Source of the DNA: Macrostomum lignano
Lineage: Eukaryota
Direction: 5' to 3'
DNA length: 64,000 nucleotides
Assembly: GCA_002269645.1 (NCBI GenBank)
Contig: NIVC01001814.1
Coordinates: 62,001-126,000 of the forward strand
The translations under genes were made by a program, and so were the position numbers. Below the pieces are notes generated by a model. It searched no databases, was not told where the DNA came from, and saw nothing but the letters and a program-made list of their open reading frames with translations. This document shows positions 1 through 12,104 of this stretch, one piece after another; within the stretch, counting starts at the first letter, position 1, and every line of letters starts with the position of its first letter.

Positions 1-473
1 ACCCATACTACTCAGAAACCAATTCAAAGGCAGTTTTCGATCTGTCTCTTGTCTCAACAAAATGATGAGAACTGTAGGATTTCAGTACTCAGGAAAACAG
101 CGCATTCACTGCTAGTCCGCCGTCATCTCATTGGGTAAAACTGATTTTCCGAAAGCTTCCCAAATAAGGAAAGTATCAATTGAATAGGCCTAGCAAATTG
201 ACGCACTTTGAACCTGTAAATATGAGTAGAGAGCTGAGCAGGATGAAAGGGAAAGAAGAGCTCGTACAGAAAAAAGCTCGAAAGCAAGGTCAAGAACTCA
301 GTGGGATGAAAGCCTTCGGAATAGAGAAAATTGTACCTGGGTAAGTGCAGGCCATTAATTATCCCCTATCAGCCAGGAGCTATTCGAGCTGATTGCAAGC
401 TAATCCGATCGGACTCATGGCTCCGATCTCCGGCTGTCAGCAGCGGTGACAGCTGATGTGAATTAATAGCGAA

Positions 474-1032
474 ACTGGAATCAAGAGCTCCTGATACTAG
501 TATCTGGACTGGAATCAAGAGCTTCCAATACTAGTATCTGGACTGGAATCAAGAGCTCCCGATACTAGTATCTGGACTGGAATCATGAGCTCCCGACACT
601 AGTATCTGGACTGGAATCATGAGCTTCCAATACTAGTACCTGGACTGGAATCAAGAGCTCTCGATACTAGTATCTGGACTGGAATCAAGAGCTTCCAATA
701 CTAGTATCTGGACTGGAATCAAGAGCTCCCGATACTAGTATCTGAACTGGAATCATGAGCTCCCGACACTATAGTATCTGGACTGGAATCATGAGCTCCC
801 AACACTAGTATCTGGACTGGAATCAAGAGCTCCCAACACTAGTACCTGGACTGGAATCAAGAGCTCCCGATACTAGTATCTGGACTGGAATCATGAGCTC
901 CCGACACTAGTATCTGGACTGGAATCATGAGCTCCCAACACTAGTATCTGGACTGGAATCATGAGCTCCCAACACTAGTACCTGGACTGGAATCATAGAC
1001 TACCGACACTACATTTAGTATCTAGACTGGAA
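474..1032. repeat. 34-bp minisatellite
   Basis: Unit CTGGACTGGAATCAAGAGCTCCCGATACTAGTAT. Period 34 (CTGGACT at 504 and 538); about 16 copies. Confidence 0.95.
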
Positions 1033-1382
1033 CCCTGAGTTAAAGCATTTGTCATTCCGACATTCTTTTCCTGGTTCTTTTTGTTTTATTTTAATGCAAT
1101 GCTGTACTGACAACACCCCGGTAAGATGCCCCAAGTCAGATATCAAGAGCATTTCATCGGTCAACTGATTATCTTTATTTTACGAGAAAGCAATATTAAT
1201 GCAACTTTGAGCACGCCAAAAGAGATAATTCACCTCGATCTTTAGCACACTGGGAACTGGGCATCGAAGCCAGGAAAGCTTACAAGGTAGCTCTGTTGAC
1301 CTGACTCCTGTACTATAAATGCGCAGGCAATTTTCTGAATCAAATTAACATTGATTCTCCATCAGCCCCAACCTCTAGGCTT

Positions 1383-3277
1383 TCAGGCGCCGCTTTGAAA
1401 CTCGACAATGCGAAATGCTTCTAAGAACTCGTTGAAATCGATTTTTCCATCTTTATTGAGGTCCAAAGCCTTGGCCATGTCAACAATTTCATCTTCTGAT
1501 AAGTTCCTCTTGGTGACTCTGCCCAGAACTCGGCAGCACTCCTTGAACTCGTCCAGACTGATGTGGCCGCTATTGTCGCGGTCCATGATTCGGAAGATGT
1601 CTCCAGCTTCTCTCTGCTCTTGTAAACAGATTCCATCATTGAGGCATCCGGTGCAGAGGCGGATCGGCCACCCTGGTGCTGCACAGCCGTCCGCTGGAAG
1701 GTCGACATGTACATGACGCGTTTGTCCGGAGTCAGCTTAACCAGGCGAGGTCGGAGCCTTCGCCACGGCAGACTAAGCTGCAGCTCCGATTCCATTGCGC
1801 TGCACCACTGGGCGATGGTGACGCAGTCCGTCTTGCCGAAATCCAGTTCGCTGAAGGCCGCCACGAGCTGGACCCTGCTAGCGGCAATCTTGGCGCGGAG
1901 GCCGCGCAATGCAGCGTCCTCGAAGGTTGCAAGCCGACGACCTAGCGGGAGCTGCTTCGACTTGCTGGCGCAGAGCTGCATAACTCTAGGCTGCCCGCTG
2001 TTGTCGAATTTGACGTAGGCGCCCCGGTTGCTGCCCTCCGAGTAGTAGTTTGAGGCGGAGAAGATCGTCAGCACACAGTTGCCATGACAAAACTCGTAGC
2101 CTTCGGGATTCGTCTCGTGCGAGCGAACAATCATTTTTAGCTTGTTTTGGCGCAAAAAGTTTTCCGTTACATCCGGCCCAAAGTAGCAGCCTCCGCCGCG
2201 ACTTTTGTTTAACTTGCAGCCCAGCTGTGGTTTCGGATCGCTCCACAGCAGCTCCATCAGCTGATCCCATTCCTTCTTATCAATTTTACCATTTTCAAAA
2301 GACGGCCGCACCGCCGAAAAGTACCTGTGCCGGTCCAAAGAATCGATTAGTCGAAGGTCCAGCTTGTCCGAGATGCCGCCGTGAGCCACCAGAATTTGCT
2401 CGTCAATCACGGTTGCCAGGGGAAGCCACGCAAATACGTCAGAGAACAGCTGCACAATCTTGCACGAATCCAAGCGGTACTTTTGTAATATTTCCTTGAC
2501 AAAGCCGTAGCTGCGGTTGATTACGCAGTCTTCGTGATTGCCGCGGTTGATGCAAACCGCCGTCGGCCACACCAGCTGAAGGGCAAACAGCAGCAGCGCG
2601 ACTTCCACTGAGTTGTCGCCCCGGTCCACAAAGTCGCCGTTGAACACGTACGGGTTCGTGACGTCCGGCAGGCCGTTCTTGTAGAGCACGAGCAGCAAAT
2701 CATCGAGCTTGCCGTGCAGGTCTCCAACCACCGTCATCTGCTTGGAGATGCTCGTGCTGGGACGATAAATGTTGGGCCTGGCCTTAAGCACCAGCCGAGT
2801 CTCGTGAAGCAGCTGCAACACGTAGCGAGCATGTAGCTTTCCTCCTTTACTAAAGTGTTCGATCATTTTCTGAACCTGAGGGGCGCTCAGGGGAAAGGAC
2901 AGTCGAGGCCCTGAGTAGGATTTTTCCACTTCAATGTTGTCATATTTAGTCTGATTTAGCAGGTCTCGCTCCTCTCTACTGGCAGCACCGACACTCTCTT
3001 GAAGCCGCTGAGCAAAGCTACCGCTGGCACCACCTCGGGACATTTTCGAGCCAAATTTGAGAATGTCGTCAAAGAATTTCTGCAAATTTATCTGATTCGA
3101 TTCGCTGTCGTACTCAATGCTTTGGTAGACAACCCAGGCCGCGCGTCGTCTGGCCTCAAGGCGTGCCGTGTACTGGCGGTACCAAGTCTGAATGAGCACA
3201 GCCGCTTTGATACGGACTTCGTTGTTGTCGCTTGGACTAGCCACCATTTTGCTGCCATTTGCTACTGTTTTAGACAT
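1383..3277 (-). CDS. PPEF: Ser/Thr protein phosphatase with EF-hands (PPEF/rdgC family), with a 1-nt frameshift near 1598
   Basis: IQ motif (AAVLIQTWYRQY). PPP motifs GDLHG, GDFVDRG, RGNHE, HGG, LLWSDP, RSHE, TIFSASNY. The C-terminal EF-hand pair (DRDNSGHISLDEF, DLNKDGKIDFNEF) lies in the 1383..1586 frame. First true ATG at 3277; CGCAG acceptor just upstream (AG at 3288-3289). Confidence 0.9.
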
Positions 3278-4234
3278 TTTTCCAATCCTGCGGAGATGCA
3301 ATCAGCTTTCCAATGCAACAAACTGAGGTGCAACTGACTTTAAAACGGGCAGAACGCTCGAAAACACAACGAAAAAGTCTGACAACTGCTACAATATGCT
3401 ATGAATATCCTTGCGCAACTTTTGTTTCTTTGTCTATGGCCAGAGCATATTAAATCTTTAACTTCTGCGCCTCCTCTCGCTGCGCTTCAAATTAGTGGGC
3501 AGATAAACACAATTTATTACTCAAGTAGTAGCCACAAAGAAGTAGACATGCTTAAATAAGTAGACAGACTAAAAGTGCTATATTGAAACCACCTGAAATG
3601 ACAATTTCATACGCCACTCAACGAGTAACCAGATAAGCCATGCTAAGTACAGGGTCTCGCAGTCTGTAGGCTTCCATTTATTTCTGTTATCAGTGTGATT
3701 TGTCTCCCTCATTTGCTCTTCATGCGGGTTCGCATTTAGACCTGGCCTGTACAAATTTCTGGCCACACCCAAACACCCAAAATTCTCTCTATCTCATCGC
3801 AGAGGATGCCACTTCCCCGATCCCTCCCATCCCCTATTCTCAACGATTCTACGTACCCGATCGATAAAACCACCTCAAAAACTCTCTGCTCCACCCCCAG
3901 CCTCCCCTGCTCCCAGAGCTCTTGCCCGTGAAGCTGAGAGCGCATGCGGGGACGTTGAGATTCCCTATATTTGCGCGCATCCACTCAAGCCCAGCTCCAC
4001 TCCAGTCATCCTTTTCTCTGTTCCCTCCTGCCTCTGAGCTTTTCCTCCCCCAACGGACAGAGAGATGAGAATAGGGGGGGAGGGTTTTTTGGATTTGTAA
4101 TATGAAAATAACCTTTCCTCTCCAGTCTCCCTTATTTCTTCATCCACATCATTCACAAAAAAGCATCCACAAAACGAAGTTCTCTGGCTGTGTTGAAACC
4201 TTCCTAACGTTTCATCTGTTGAAATTTCGCAACA

Positions 4235-5364
4235 ATGTCGCAGTACAGGCATGGACTCTGCGGCTGCTTTGACGACTGCGGTGAGTTGAAGCGCAGTAGA
4301 GGATGAGCTTTCAGAACCTTTCATTTTAAAGGTCAGCTGGCCTGGATGCCCTGCGGTCGCAAAGAGCGCTTAGCGACATAATGTAGGACTGCTTCTGTTT
4401 ATTATGGCAATATTGATAATCTTCACTGCGGCTGTAACGAGCTAAAATTTTGAGGCACATGGCCCGAGCGGCCAATCTATAGTAGTTTTGTAGTTGACGG
4501 GCAGACCAGCTCAGCGGTAAACACGTCTGACTCTCGCGCCACGGCCCCTGGTTCGATTCCGTGCTCCCCCACATTCATCTGGGGCTCGTGTGCACGAAAA
4601 TTGGTCAGGCGGTTGTCATGCAATTCAAAGTCATGAGGGCCAACCTCCAAGGCACAGAGAGTGTACATGCCTGACGATTAGAAAGTCAGGGCCACTGTAC
4701 ACCCTGTGTGAGCGTGTGCATGAGTGCGTGCCTGCGTACAGTATTGGCGCACTTGAATGTGCTCAGGAGTCAGCGGAATGGTCAAGATTGCCTCAGCGCT
4801 AGTTGCGAGACGATATCGCCGAAGGCGTTGCGGCAGGGAGCCAGCAATCCTTAAGAAAATATATAGCGAATAGCGAAGATTCACCGTGACGCAGACAGTT
4901 TCGGAGGGCGTTTAAATAATGCCCGCTGACTCTGCACTGAACCAAGGGTCTTCTGGCCATAGACATTCCCAGCGGGCGGTCTGCCGTGCGTTTCAGCCTC
5001 TGTTTCAACACGCACTTGCTGCTGACTGCAACAAGGCGCCGGAAGCTCACTGAACTGAACCCCCCTGAACACCGCACCGCCAGGCATCTGCATCGTCGCC
5101 TACTTTTTGCCCTGCTACACGCACGGCAAAACGGCCGAAGCAGTCGGCGACAGCTGCGTTCTGTGCGCCATCGGCTACTTGTTCGTAGCGCCATGCGTTG
5201 GCGCCGTCATCCGAGGCAAGGTGCGCGATAAGCAGGGCATCGCCGGCGGATTCGTTGGCGACTTCTTCACCTACCTGTGCTGCCCGCTTTGCGCCCTGGT
5301 GCAGGACGCTCAGGAGGTCAAGGACATGGTGCCGCCCAGCGCCCAGAGCTTGGAACGGGAATAG
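4235..5364 (+). CDS. PLAC8/cornifelin-family Cys-rich protein, 108 aa; exons 4235..4280, 5084..5364
   Basis: MSQYRHGLCGCFDDCG|GTGAGT donor (phase 1) joins CCAG|GC ICIVAYFLPCYTHGK...FFTYLCCPLCALVQ. This gives both PLAC8 motifs (GLCGCFDD and CCPLCALVQ) and 327 nt in frame. Confidence 0.9.
4499..4830 (+). mobile_element. tRNA-derived SINE, copy 1 (in the PLAC8 intron)
   Basis: A-box-like AGCTCAGCGGTA and B-box GGTTCGATTCC. The body is shared with 8423..8760 and 49383..49580. Confidence 0.75.
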
Positions 5365-5589
5365 CGACAGTTCAAAGCTTCGTTACTCTGAACTTTTTCT
5401 AATAGTCTGGCTGTAAGAGTGTGCTATTGTGTTTTGCTAAGAAAATTGCCACTGAAAAAAGAATTAGCTAAGTCATTATTGTATGATCGTCTGTCCTAAT
5501 CAGTTAATAGTTTTTGCAAACCAACTGAAGTCTCAAGTCTACGCTCGAATGCTCAAAGTCTAAGGCTCTAAGCAATCGTAAATTGCTTG

Positions 5590-5775
5590 GCCATTGACAA
5601 TTGGCCATTGAAATTTGGCCATCGACATTTGGTGATTGACATTTGGTGATGGACATTTGGTGATTGACATTTGGTCACATTTGGTGATTGACATTTGGTC
5701 ATTGGTGATTGACACTTGATATTTAGACATTTGTCATTGACACTTGGTGATTGACTTTTGGCCATTGATATTTAG
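5590..5775. repeat. 14-bp minisatellite (short allele)
   Basis: GACATTTGGT(C/G)ATT units. Confidence 0.9.
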
Positions 5776-5974
5776 ACATTAGCAATTCCAGGAAAGCACA
5801 AGCCTATTGCGTCGAGTTGAATTTAATTTGCTTTTTAAATTCAAGCAATAATTGTAAAGTGATCTGCATGGTATAGCGGTATTAGAGACACGCAATAAAT
5901 AAGAATTCACAATTGCCACTAACTTTTTCTCTAAGAAGATTGTAGCGAGATAGTTTAATTCAGACAGACTGATA

Positions 5975-6251
5975 NNNNNNNNNNNNNNNNNNNNNNNNNN
6001 NNNNNNNNNNNNNNNNNNNNNNNNNNNNNNNNNNNNNNNNNNNNNNNNNNNNNNNNNNNNNNNNNNNNNNNNNNNNNNNNNNNNNNNNNNNNNNNNNNNN
6101 NNNNNNNNNNNNNNNNNNNNNNNNNNNNNNNNNNNNNNNNNNNNNNNNNNNNNNNNNNNNNNNNNNNNNNNNNNNNNNNNNNNNNNNNNNNNNNNNNNNN
6201 NNNNNNNNNNNNNNNNNNNNNNNNNNNNNNNNNNNNNNNNNNNNNNNNNNN
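5975..6251. other. Assembly gap (277 N)
   Basis: Run of n characters. Confidence 1.
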
Positions 6252-7277
6252 CATCGCCGGCGGATTCGTTGGCGACTTCTTCACCTACCTGTGCTGCCCG
6301 CTTTGCGCCCTGGTGCAGGACGCTCAGGAGGTCAAGGACATGGTGCCGCCCAGCGCCCAGAGCTTGGAACGGGAATAGCGACAGTTCAAAGCTTCGTTAC
6401 TCTGAACTTTTTCTAATAGTCTGGCTGTAAGAGTGTGCTATTGTGTTTTGCTAAGAAAATTGCCACTGAAAAAAGAATAAGCTAAGTCATTATTGTATGA
6501 TCGTCTGTCCTAATCAGCTAATAGTTTTTGCAAACCAACTGAAATCTCGAAGTCTACGCTCGAATGCTCAAAGTCTAAGGCTCTAAGCAATCGTAAATTG
6601 GCTTGGCCATTGACAATTGGCCATAGAAATTTGGCCATCGACATTTGGTGATTGACATTTGGTGATGGACATTTGGTGATTGACATTTGGTCATTGACAT
6701 TTGGTGATTGACATTTGGTCATTGACATTTGGTCATTGACATTTGGTGATTGACATTTGGTCATTGACATTTGGTGATTGACATTTGGTCATTGACACTT
6801 GGCCATAGACATTTGGTCATTGACACTTGGTGATTGACTTTTGGCCATTTGATATTTAGACATTTGGTGATTGACATTTGGTGATGGACATTTGGTGATT
6901 GACATTTGGTCATTGACATTTGGTGATTGACATTTGGTCATTGACATTTGGTCATTGACATTTGGTGATTGACATTTGGTCATTGACATTTGGTGATTGA
7001 CATTTGGTCATTGACACTTGGCCATAGACATTTGGTCATTGACACTTGGTGATTGACTTTTGGCCATTTGATATTTAGACATTAGCAATTCCAGGAAAGC
7101 ACAAGCCTATTGCGTCGAGTTGAATTTAATTTGCTTTTTAAATTCAAGCAATAATTGTAAAGTGATCTGCATGGTATAGCGGTATTAGAGACACGCAATA
7201 AATAAGAATTCACAATTGCCACTAACTTTTTCTCTAAGAAGATTGTAGCGAGATAGTTTAATTCAGACAGACTGATA
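6252..7277 (+). repeat. Near-identical duplicate of 5238..5974 (3' part of the PLAC8 CDS, its 3' flank and a longer 14-bp array at ~6605..7080)
   Basis: Starts CATCGCCGGCGGATTC and ends CAGACAGACTGATA as the first copy does. A few SNPs; array copy number differs. Confidence 0.95.
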
Positions 7278-8422
7278 GGGCTCCGATCGCGACTTCAGCA
7301 GCCTTCAGGCTGTGGTCGAACATTTTTCAAAAAAGTGTAATTTCTTAGAATTGTAGTCTGCGTCTACTTTGTTTCTGTAGAAATCTGTTTCGCGTTATTT
7401 AATTTTCTTTTTTGCCGTTTCTTAATTTTGGCAACGCTCTATCAATAATTTATTCCGACAATAGCTCCCTCGCTTGTTGCTTGTCTTACTTGACATCGAT
7501 GGATGACGAACGTGTCGCATTCTGTTCGTGCTTTAAATGTATAATCGTATAACAAAGTTAAGCAAAGTATATCTTATACTTTTGAAAAATTGTTCATCCT
7601 TATTTGAACTCAATTTTTTTACCGAATTTACTGTTATATTAGATCTACATGAATTAACAAATAATCCTTTTTTCATTTAAATTTCCTTAAATGTTTTTTT
7701 AAAATTAAATAATATTTAAATGACTCTTTTTTCGATTTGTCTTTTAACTTCTAATATACTAAAATTTTGAACTGAAAATATTTAATTTAACTGCAATATT
7801 AACTACCACATAAGACTTACTGTTTGTTATACTAGCTTGCCCAATATAAAGCATTTTTCTTGTCTTATTGCTAGCTTTTGTGTTTATTATGCCATGCCAT
7901 TGATATGAGCACTATATAGATAGCTGCCAGGACAGTCATTGAAATTTTTCACTATTCAATATCGACCAAACCAGACGGACCCATTTATAGGCCTTCAGAG
8001 CCATGACATGACGGCTTAGACAATAGAGGCCAGTTTTTTCGTCTAACGTTTTTTACTGTTTTAAACCGTAAACAACCAGCTTTCTATCTTTTTCTATCTT
8101 TATCCACAGCTATATAACAATAAAAGTAAAACAAACCACTACAAATTTAATTTTAAAAAGTCTGCATGTAGGTGACTTTCAACTCAAATTTGTGTAAATT
8201 AAATTAATGTTTCAAAGCTGGCAAAAAGCTTAAAAAGCAGCAATCATGCAGAGTTAAAGAAAGAATTCTGCAGAAGTAAAAAAACAAATTTGAATTTTTA
8301 TAATAATTGTTCATCAATCTTCCGAATTGCAAATGAAGCAGGTATATCTTTGACTTCTCTAATCTTTGCCCGATGGGGTCTAATTAGGTTTTACTACCTG
8401 GATAATGGGATCTCTAATGCGA

Positions 8423-8760
8423 GGGCAGAGCAGTTCAGCGGTAAATGCTGATTCCCGCGCCACGACCGCTGCATGGTTCGATTCTGTGCGCAAAACGCAT
8501 TCAGTTTGGGGCTGGTGTGCACAAAAATTGGCCAGGTGGGTTGTCGTGCGATTCACAGCCATGAGTCCTCCAAGGCACAGAGATCAGAGTGTACATGAAT
8601 GACCGATAAGAAAGTCAGGGCCGCTGTACACCCTGTGTGAGCGTGTGTATGAGTGCGTGCCTCATGCGTACAGTATTGGCGCGCTTGCATGTGCTCAGGA
8701 GTCAGCGGAATGGTCAGAATTGCCGTCAGCACTGCTTGTGTGGGACAATGTCGACCGCAG
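8423..8760 (+). mobile_element. tRNA-derived SINE, copy 2
   Basis: GGGCAGAGCAGTTCAGCGGTAAA head, GGTTCGATTC B-box, shared core CTGTACACCCTGTGTGAGCGTGTG and GCTCAGGAGTCAGCGGAATGGTCA. Confidence 0.75.
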
Positions 8761-8893
8761 CCCTCCCGCGAAAAATACTATCTTGTTTTATTGTTATGTT
8801 ATTAATTGCCTCAAATTTAGACTATTTGTGAGTGTAGTGTCCTTTTAGTTTAGCAGTCCATGGTTAGCAGGCAATGAATGCTGCTGTGCTATA

Positions 8894-9989
8894 ATAATAA
8901 TAATAATAATAATAGTTACACCCCATGCCAGCCACAGAAGTGGCCAAAAGGGGGAGCGTCAAATCGCGCGTTTCAGAGCTAGGTCTCTAATGTGCTTCAC
9001 ACCGGCCGCCTGGCTGGGTGCTCGCGCATCTTCAAAAAGGCGGTCGACGTAGCGGGCTGATCGTCCCTGGCCACGCCTGCGCGGTCCCTGCGGGGTCCAC
9101 AGCAGGACGTCCTGCAGCGGCTCTGGGCAGTAGGCTTCGGCCCGGATGACATGTCCGGCAAGCCGCAGGCGCCGCTGACTCAGCAGGGCAGAAGGCCGCG
9201 TCAGGCCTGTGCGCTTGTACAGGGACTCGGTTGTCTCGCTGCCAGGGCCGCGGCAGGCGCTGAAAGCGGCGCGGACTAGGGCCGCATGTGCCGCGTCGAG
9301 CTGCGCCTCAAGCGCCCCGGTCAGCGTCCAGGTCTCAGCATTGTACAGCAGGGCGGTCTCAACAACCCCCTGGAACAGCTGGGACCTGGCGCCGTCGGAC
9401 AGGGCCTCGGAGAGCAGCACCGCCCGCACAGATCGGAAGGCAGCCCAGGCCTTGCCACGCCGTCTCGCTAGGTCGTCGCCGACGTCCGGCACCAGTCCGC
9501 CGAGGTAGATGAACTGAAGGCACTTCGGGAGCGCCGTCCCTGGGCCGTCGCCGTCTTGAAGTCGAATCTCGGCGGGTAGATCATGCGGCACCGTCAGCAC
9601 CTTGGTCTTCCTGGCGTTGATGACGAGACCGACCCTCGCCGCCGCCGCAGTCAGGCCGTCCAGCAGCCGTTGGGCGCCTTCGGCCGTCGAAGACAGCAGG
9701 GCGAGGTCGTCCGCGTAGCCAAGGACAGACAGTTTCTTCTCCGGGTGCCGTCTACTGGTGCGCCTTTGCAGCAGAAAGCCGTCCTCTGATGTCGGCAGGC
9801 CGGTTCTGAGCACCCAGTCCATCACCAGCACGAAGAGAAAGAGCGCCAGAGTGTCACCCTGTAGCACTCCGGACGTCGTGCTAAACAGGTCCGACGGTCC
9901 GTCTGGCGTCGCTACCGCGGCGGTGGTGTCCTGATAGCGCCATGATGGCGGAGATCAGCTGCTGTGGCACGTTGTAGGCACGGAGCACG
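8894..9989 (-). mobile_element. 5'-truncated non-LTR retrotransposon (RTE-like LINE), RT C-terminal half
   Basis: ORF 8959..9867 has GVLQGDTL and YADDLALL RT motifs and LLYNAETWTL. (TTA)n tail at ~8891-8912. TGCTGTGCTATA is repeated at 8882..8893 and 9990..10001 (TSD). Frameshift near 9935. Confidence 0.92.
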
Positions 9990-11135
9990 TGCTGTGCTAT
10001 ACTGTGATGAATGGCCCCCGAAGTACCTCTGCTCTCCCAATAAACTCTGCATGGTCATCCGGTTGCATTGGGCTGTGTGTCGGACTGAATAGTTGCACTA
10101 ACTGAACCTTACACGCCTCCAAGGGCAGCCAAAACAGTCCGCTGGGCTTATTAAAGCTAGCTATAGGCGCGCGCATCAAAGTACTTCTAGGCCTCTTCGC
10201 AAATCCGGCGCAATAATAATAAACAAAAATAGGCAAGGCATACTACTAATATGAACTGCAGTAGCAACTAGTGTGTTCAAATTCTATAAGCTTAGAATTG
10301 CTTTATATTTATTAGTAGAATTGTAGAATTGAGTATAATGAAGCGTTGTACAAATTCTAAAGATTTTATCTTTTGCTATGCGAACGCCGTTACAAAAAGG
10401 CTTACCTATAGAAAGAAAAAAACTAATGTTAATTTTCTTGAATAAAATTGATGTCTTGAAAATATCAGATATTACTGAACAGTATTCCGAGCAGTAGCTA
10501 GCGCGAGTATTAAACTTTTGTAATGAACTCATGGCTTTAAAGGTTGCGCCCAGGCAGTAAGAGTGAGCGGCCCTGCATGCACTGACCAATGGACTACTGA
10601 AGTAGGACGGCTACACTCGATTTTCTTAGAAACGCCATAGTGACAAAGTCGGTCATCGAGAAAAATCCATGCAAAAAATTTCTTCAGAGCATACCAACTG
10701 CACTAGCAATACGAAAAATTTGTCTTTGCCAACCTCGAGGTCGTTTCTAAGAAACCCGAATGTTACCCTTCTTCTGCTTCAGCTGTCCATGCAACTGACA
10801 CCATAAAAATGATAAAGCATATTAATAAATTGCGTGATAGCAAAAGAAAACCAAATTTTTGCTTGAAAATATTGATAAAACTTAAACAAATGTTGCATGC
10901 TCTAATAATAAGCAGTTATTTTTTTGTTTTTTTTTATGCGAATTTCATTCGCAGTTTTGCTTGGAAGAAAACGGCGGCACCTTCTGGACAGCTGTTTGTC
11001 TATTGTGTGCTAATATGCGTGCAGAGCTGAGAAGCGGAAGGCGGGCGGTTACAAATGGATTACGACATAGCATCGTTACACAAGCCGGTCTTTAGTTCCC
11101 GGGAGCGTCCGCAGGCCCGCAACAGGCGGTTCCGT

Positions 11136-12104
11136 TCAGGCGGTGCTCAAAGCGCCGGCGCCCTGGCCAAAACCGACTCCTTTGGGGCCGAAGTTCTTGC
11201 CGTAGCAGGCTGTTCGATTCGGTGCGGTTGAGGGATAAATTAAACTCGGAACGTGAAATTCTTAGGAGTCGGAAGACTTTGTAGAAATAAAACTTTCTGC
11301 TCACCCTTGCAGTAGATTTCGTCCTTGGTGTTGCACAGCTTGGTGCTGTCCAGGCCTGTGCCGCACTCCTTGCAGCGGAAGCAGCTCTTGTGGAAGTTGA
11401 TCTGGAGCAACCGAGGTGAGAGTTTTGTTACAAATAGAAAATATTTAAACTGTATAAATTTACATCGAATAAAGAATGGGATTGAAACGGTTTATTCGCT
11501 AGTTGGTGCTGCCCATGTGCCTCTCGCTGTCCCGCTTGCATAGTCAAGATTATTCCTCCTGACAAGAGATTTCGAACCCAACGATACCAACAGTCAGGCG
11601 CACTCACTCCAGACGGGCAGTCGATCGCCTTCTCGGCATCATAGACTCTCTTGCCGCAGCGCGGGCAGCCGCCCTCGCTGACGGGCACGACGGCGCCGCC
11701 CATCGCCGAGCCCTGGCCAGTCGGCTTGTTGGACACGGTCTCCGTGTTGCCCAGGTGCTTCCCGCTGTCCATGTTCAGAGCGCCGGCGCCACCGCCGAAG
11801 CCGTAGCCCTTCGGTCCGTACTTGCGACCATGGCACTGCTTGCAGTAGATGTCGCCATCGTGCTCAGCGATGGTGGTGCTCTCCAGAAACTTGTTGCAGA
11901 GACCTGCAAAAGCAGATTAGTGGAATTTGTCGCTTTCAGTTGTAAGAATATTTATTTATATACGTGCACACTAAATGCAAGGCACTCACCGCACTTCAGG
12001 CACTGCTTGTGCCACTTCTTGCCGGCGGCAAGTTTCTCCTCGGCTGCGTAGACCGCCTTATTGCACTTCGGGCACTTCGGGTGCTCTACTGGCTTGAACG
12101 GCAT
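11136..12104 (-). CDS. CSRP: Cysteine- and glycine-rich two-LIM protein (CSRP/muscle LIM protein family), 193 aa; exons 11990..12104, 11608..11903, 11305..11401, 11136..11209
   Basis: Two LIM domains ([24 protein letters not shown]; [24 protein letters not shown]), each followed by the Gly-rich GPKG(Y/V)GFG motif. All junctions are GT-AG and in phase (582 nt). Confidence 0.95.

Noticed and set aside
4499-4570. A genuine tRNA gene
   Set aside because: A and B boxes are present, but there is no cloverleaf acceptor stem or T-run terminator, and it continues into a repeat body.
4672-4705. CTGACGA-TTA-GAAA as a minimal hammerhead ribozyme in the SINE
   Set aside because: There is no NUH cleavage triplet (it would be CUG), the core is not conserved in the other two copies, and CTGAC pairs with GTCAG instead.
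6252-6378. A second complete PLAC8 gene
   Set aside because: Only the 3' part is visible after the gap and it is identical in coding sequence, so it is more likely a haplotype overlap.
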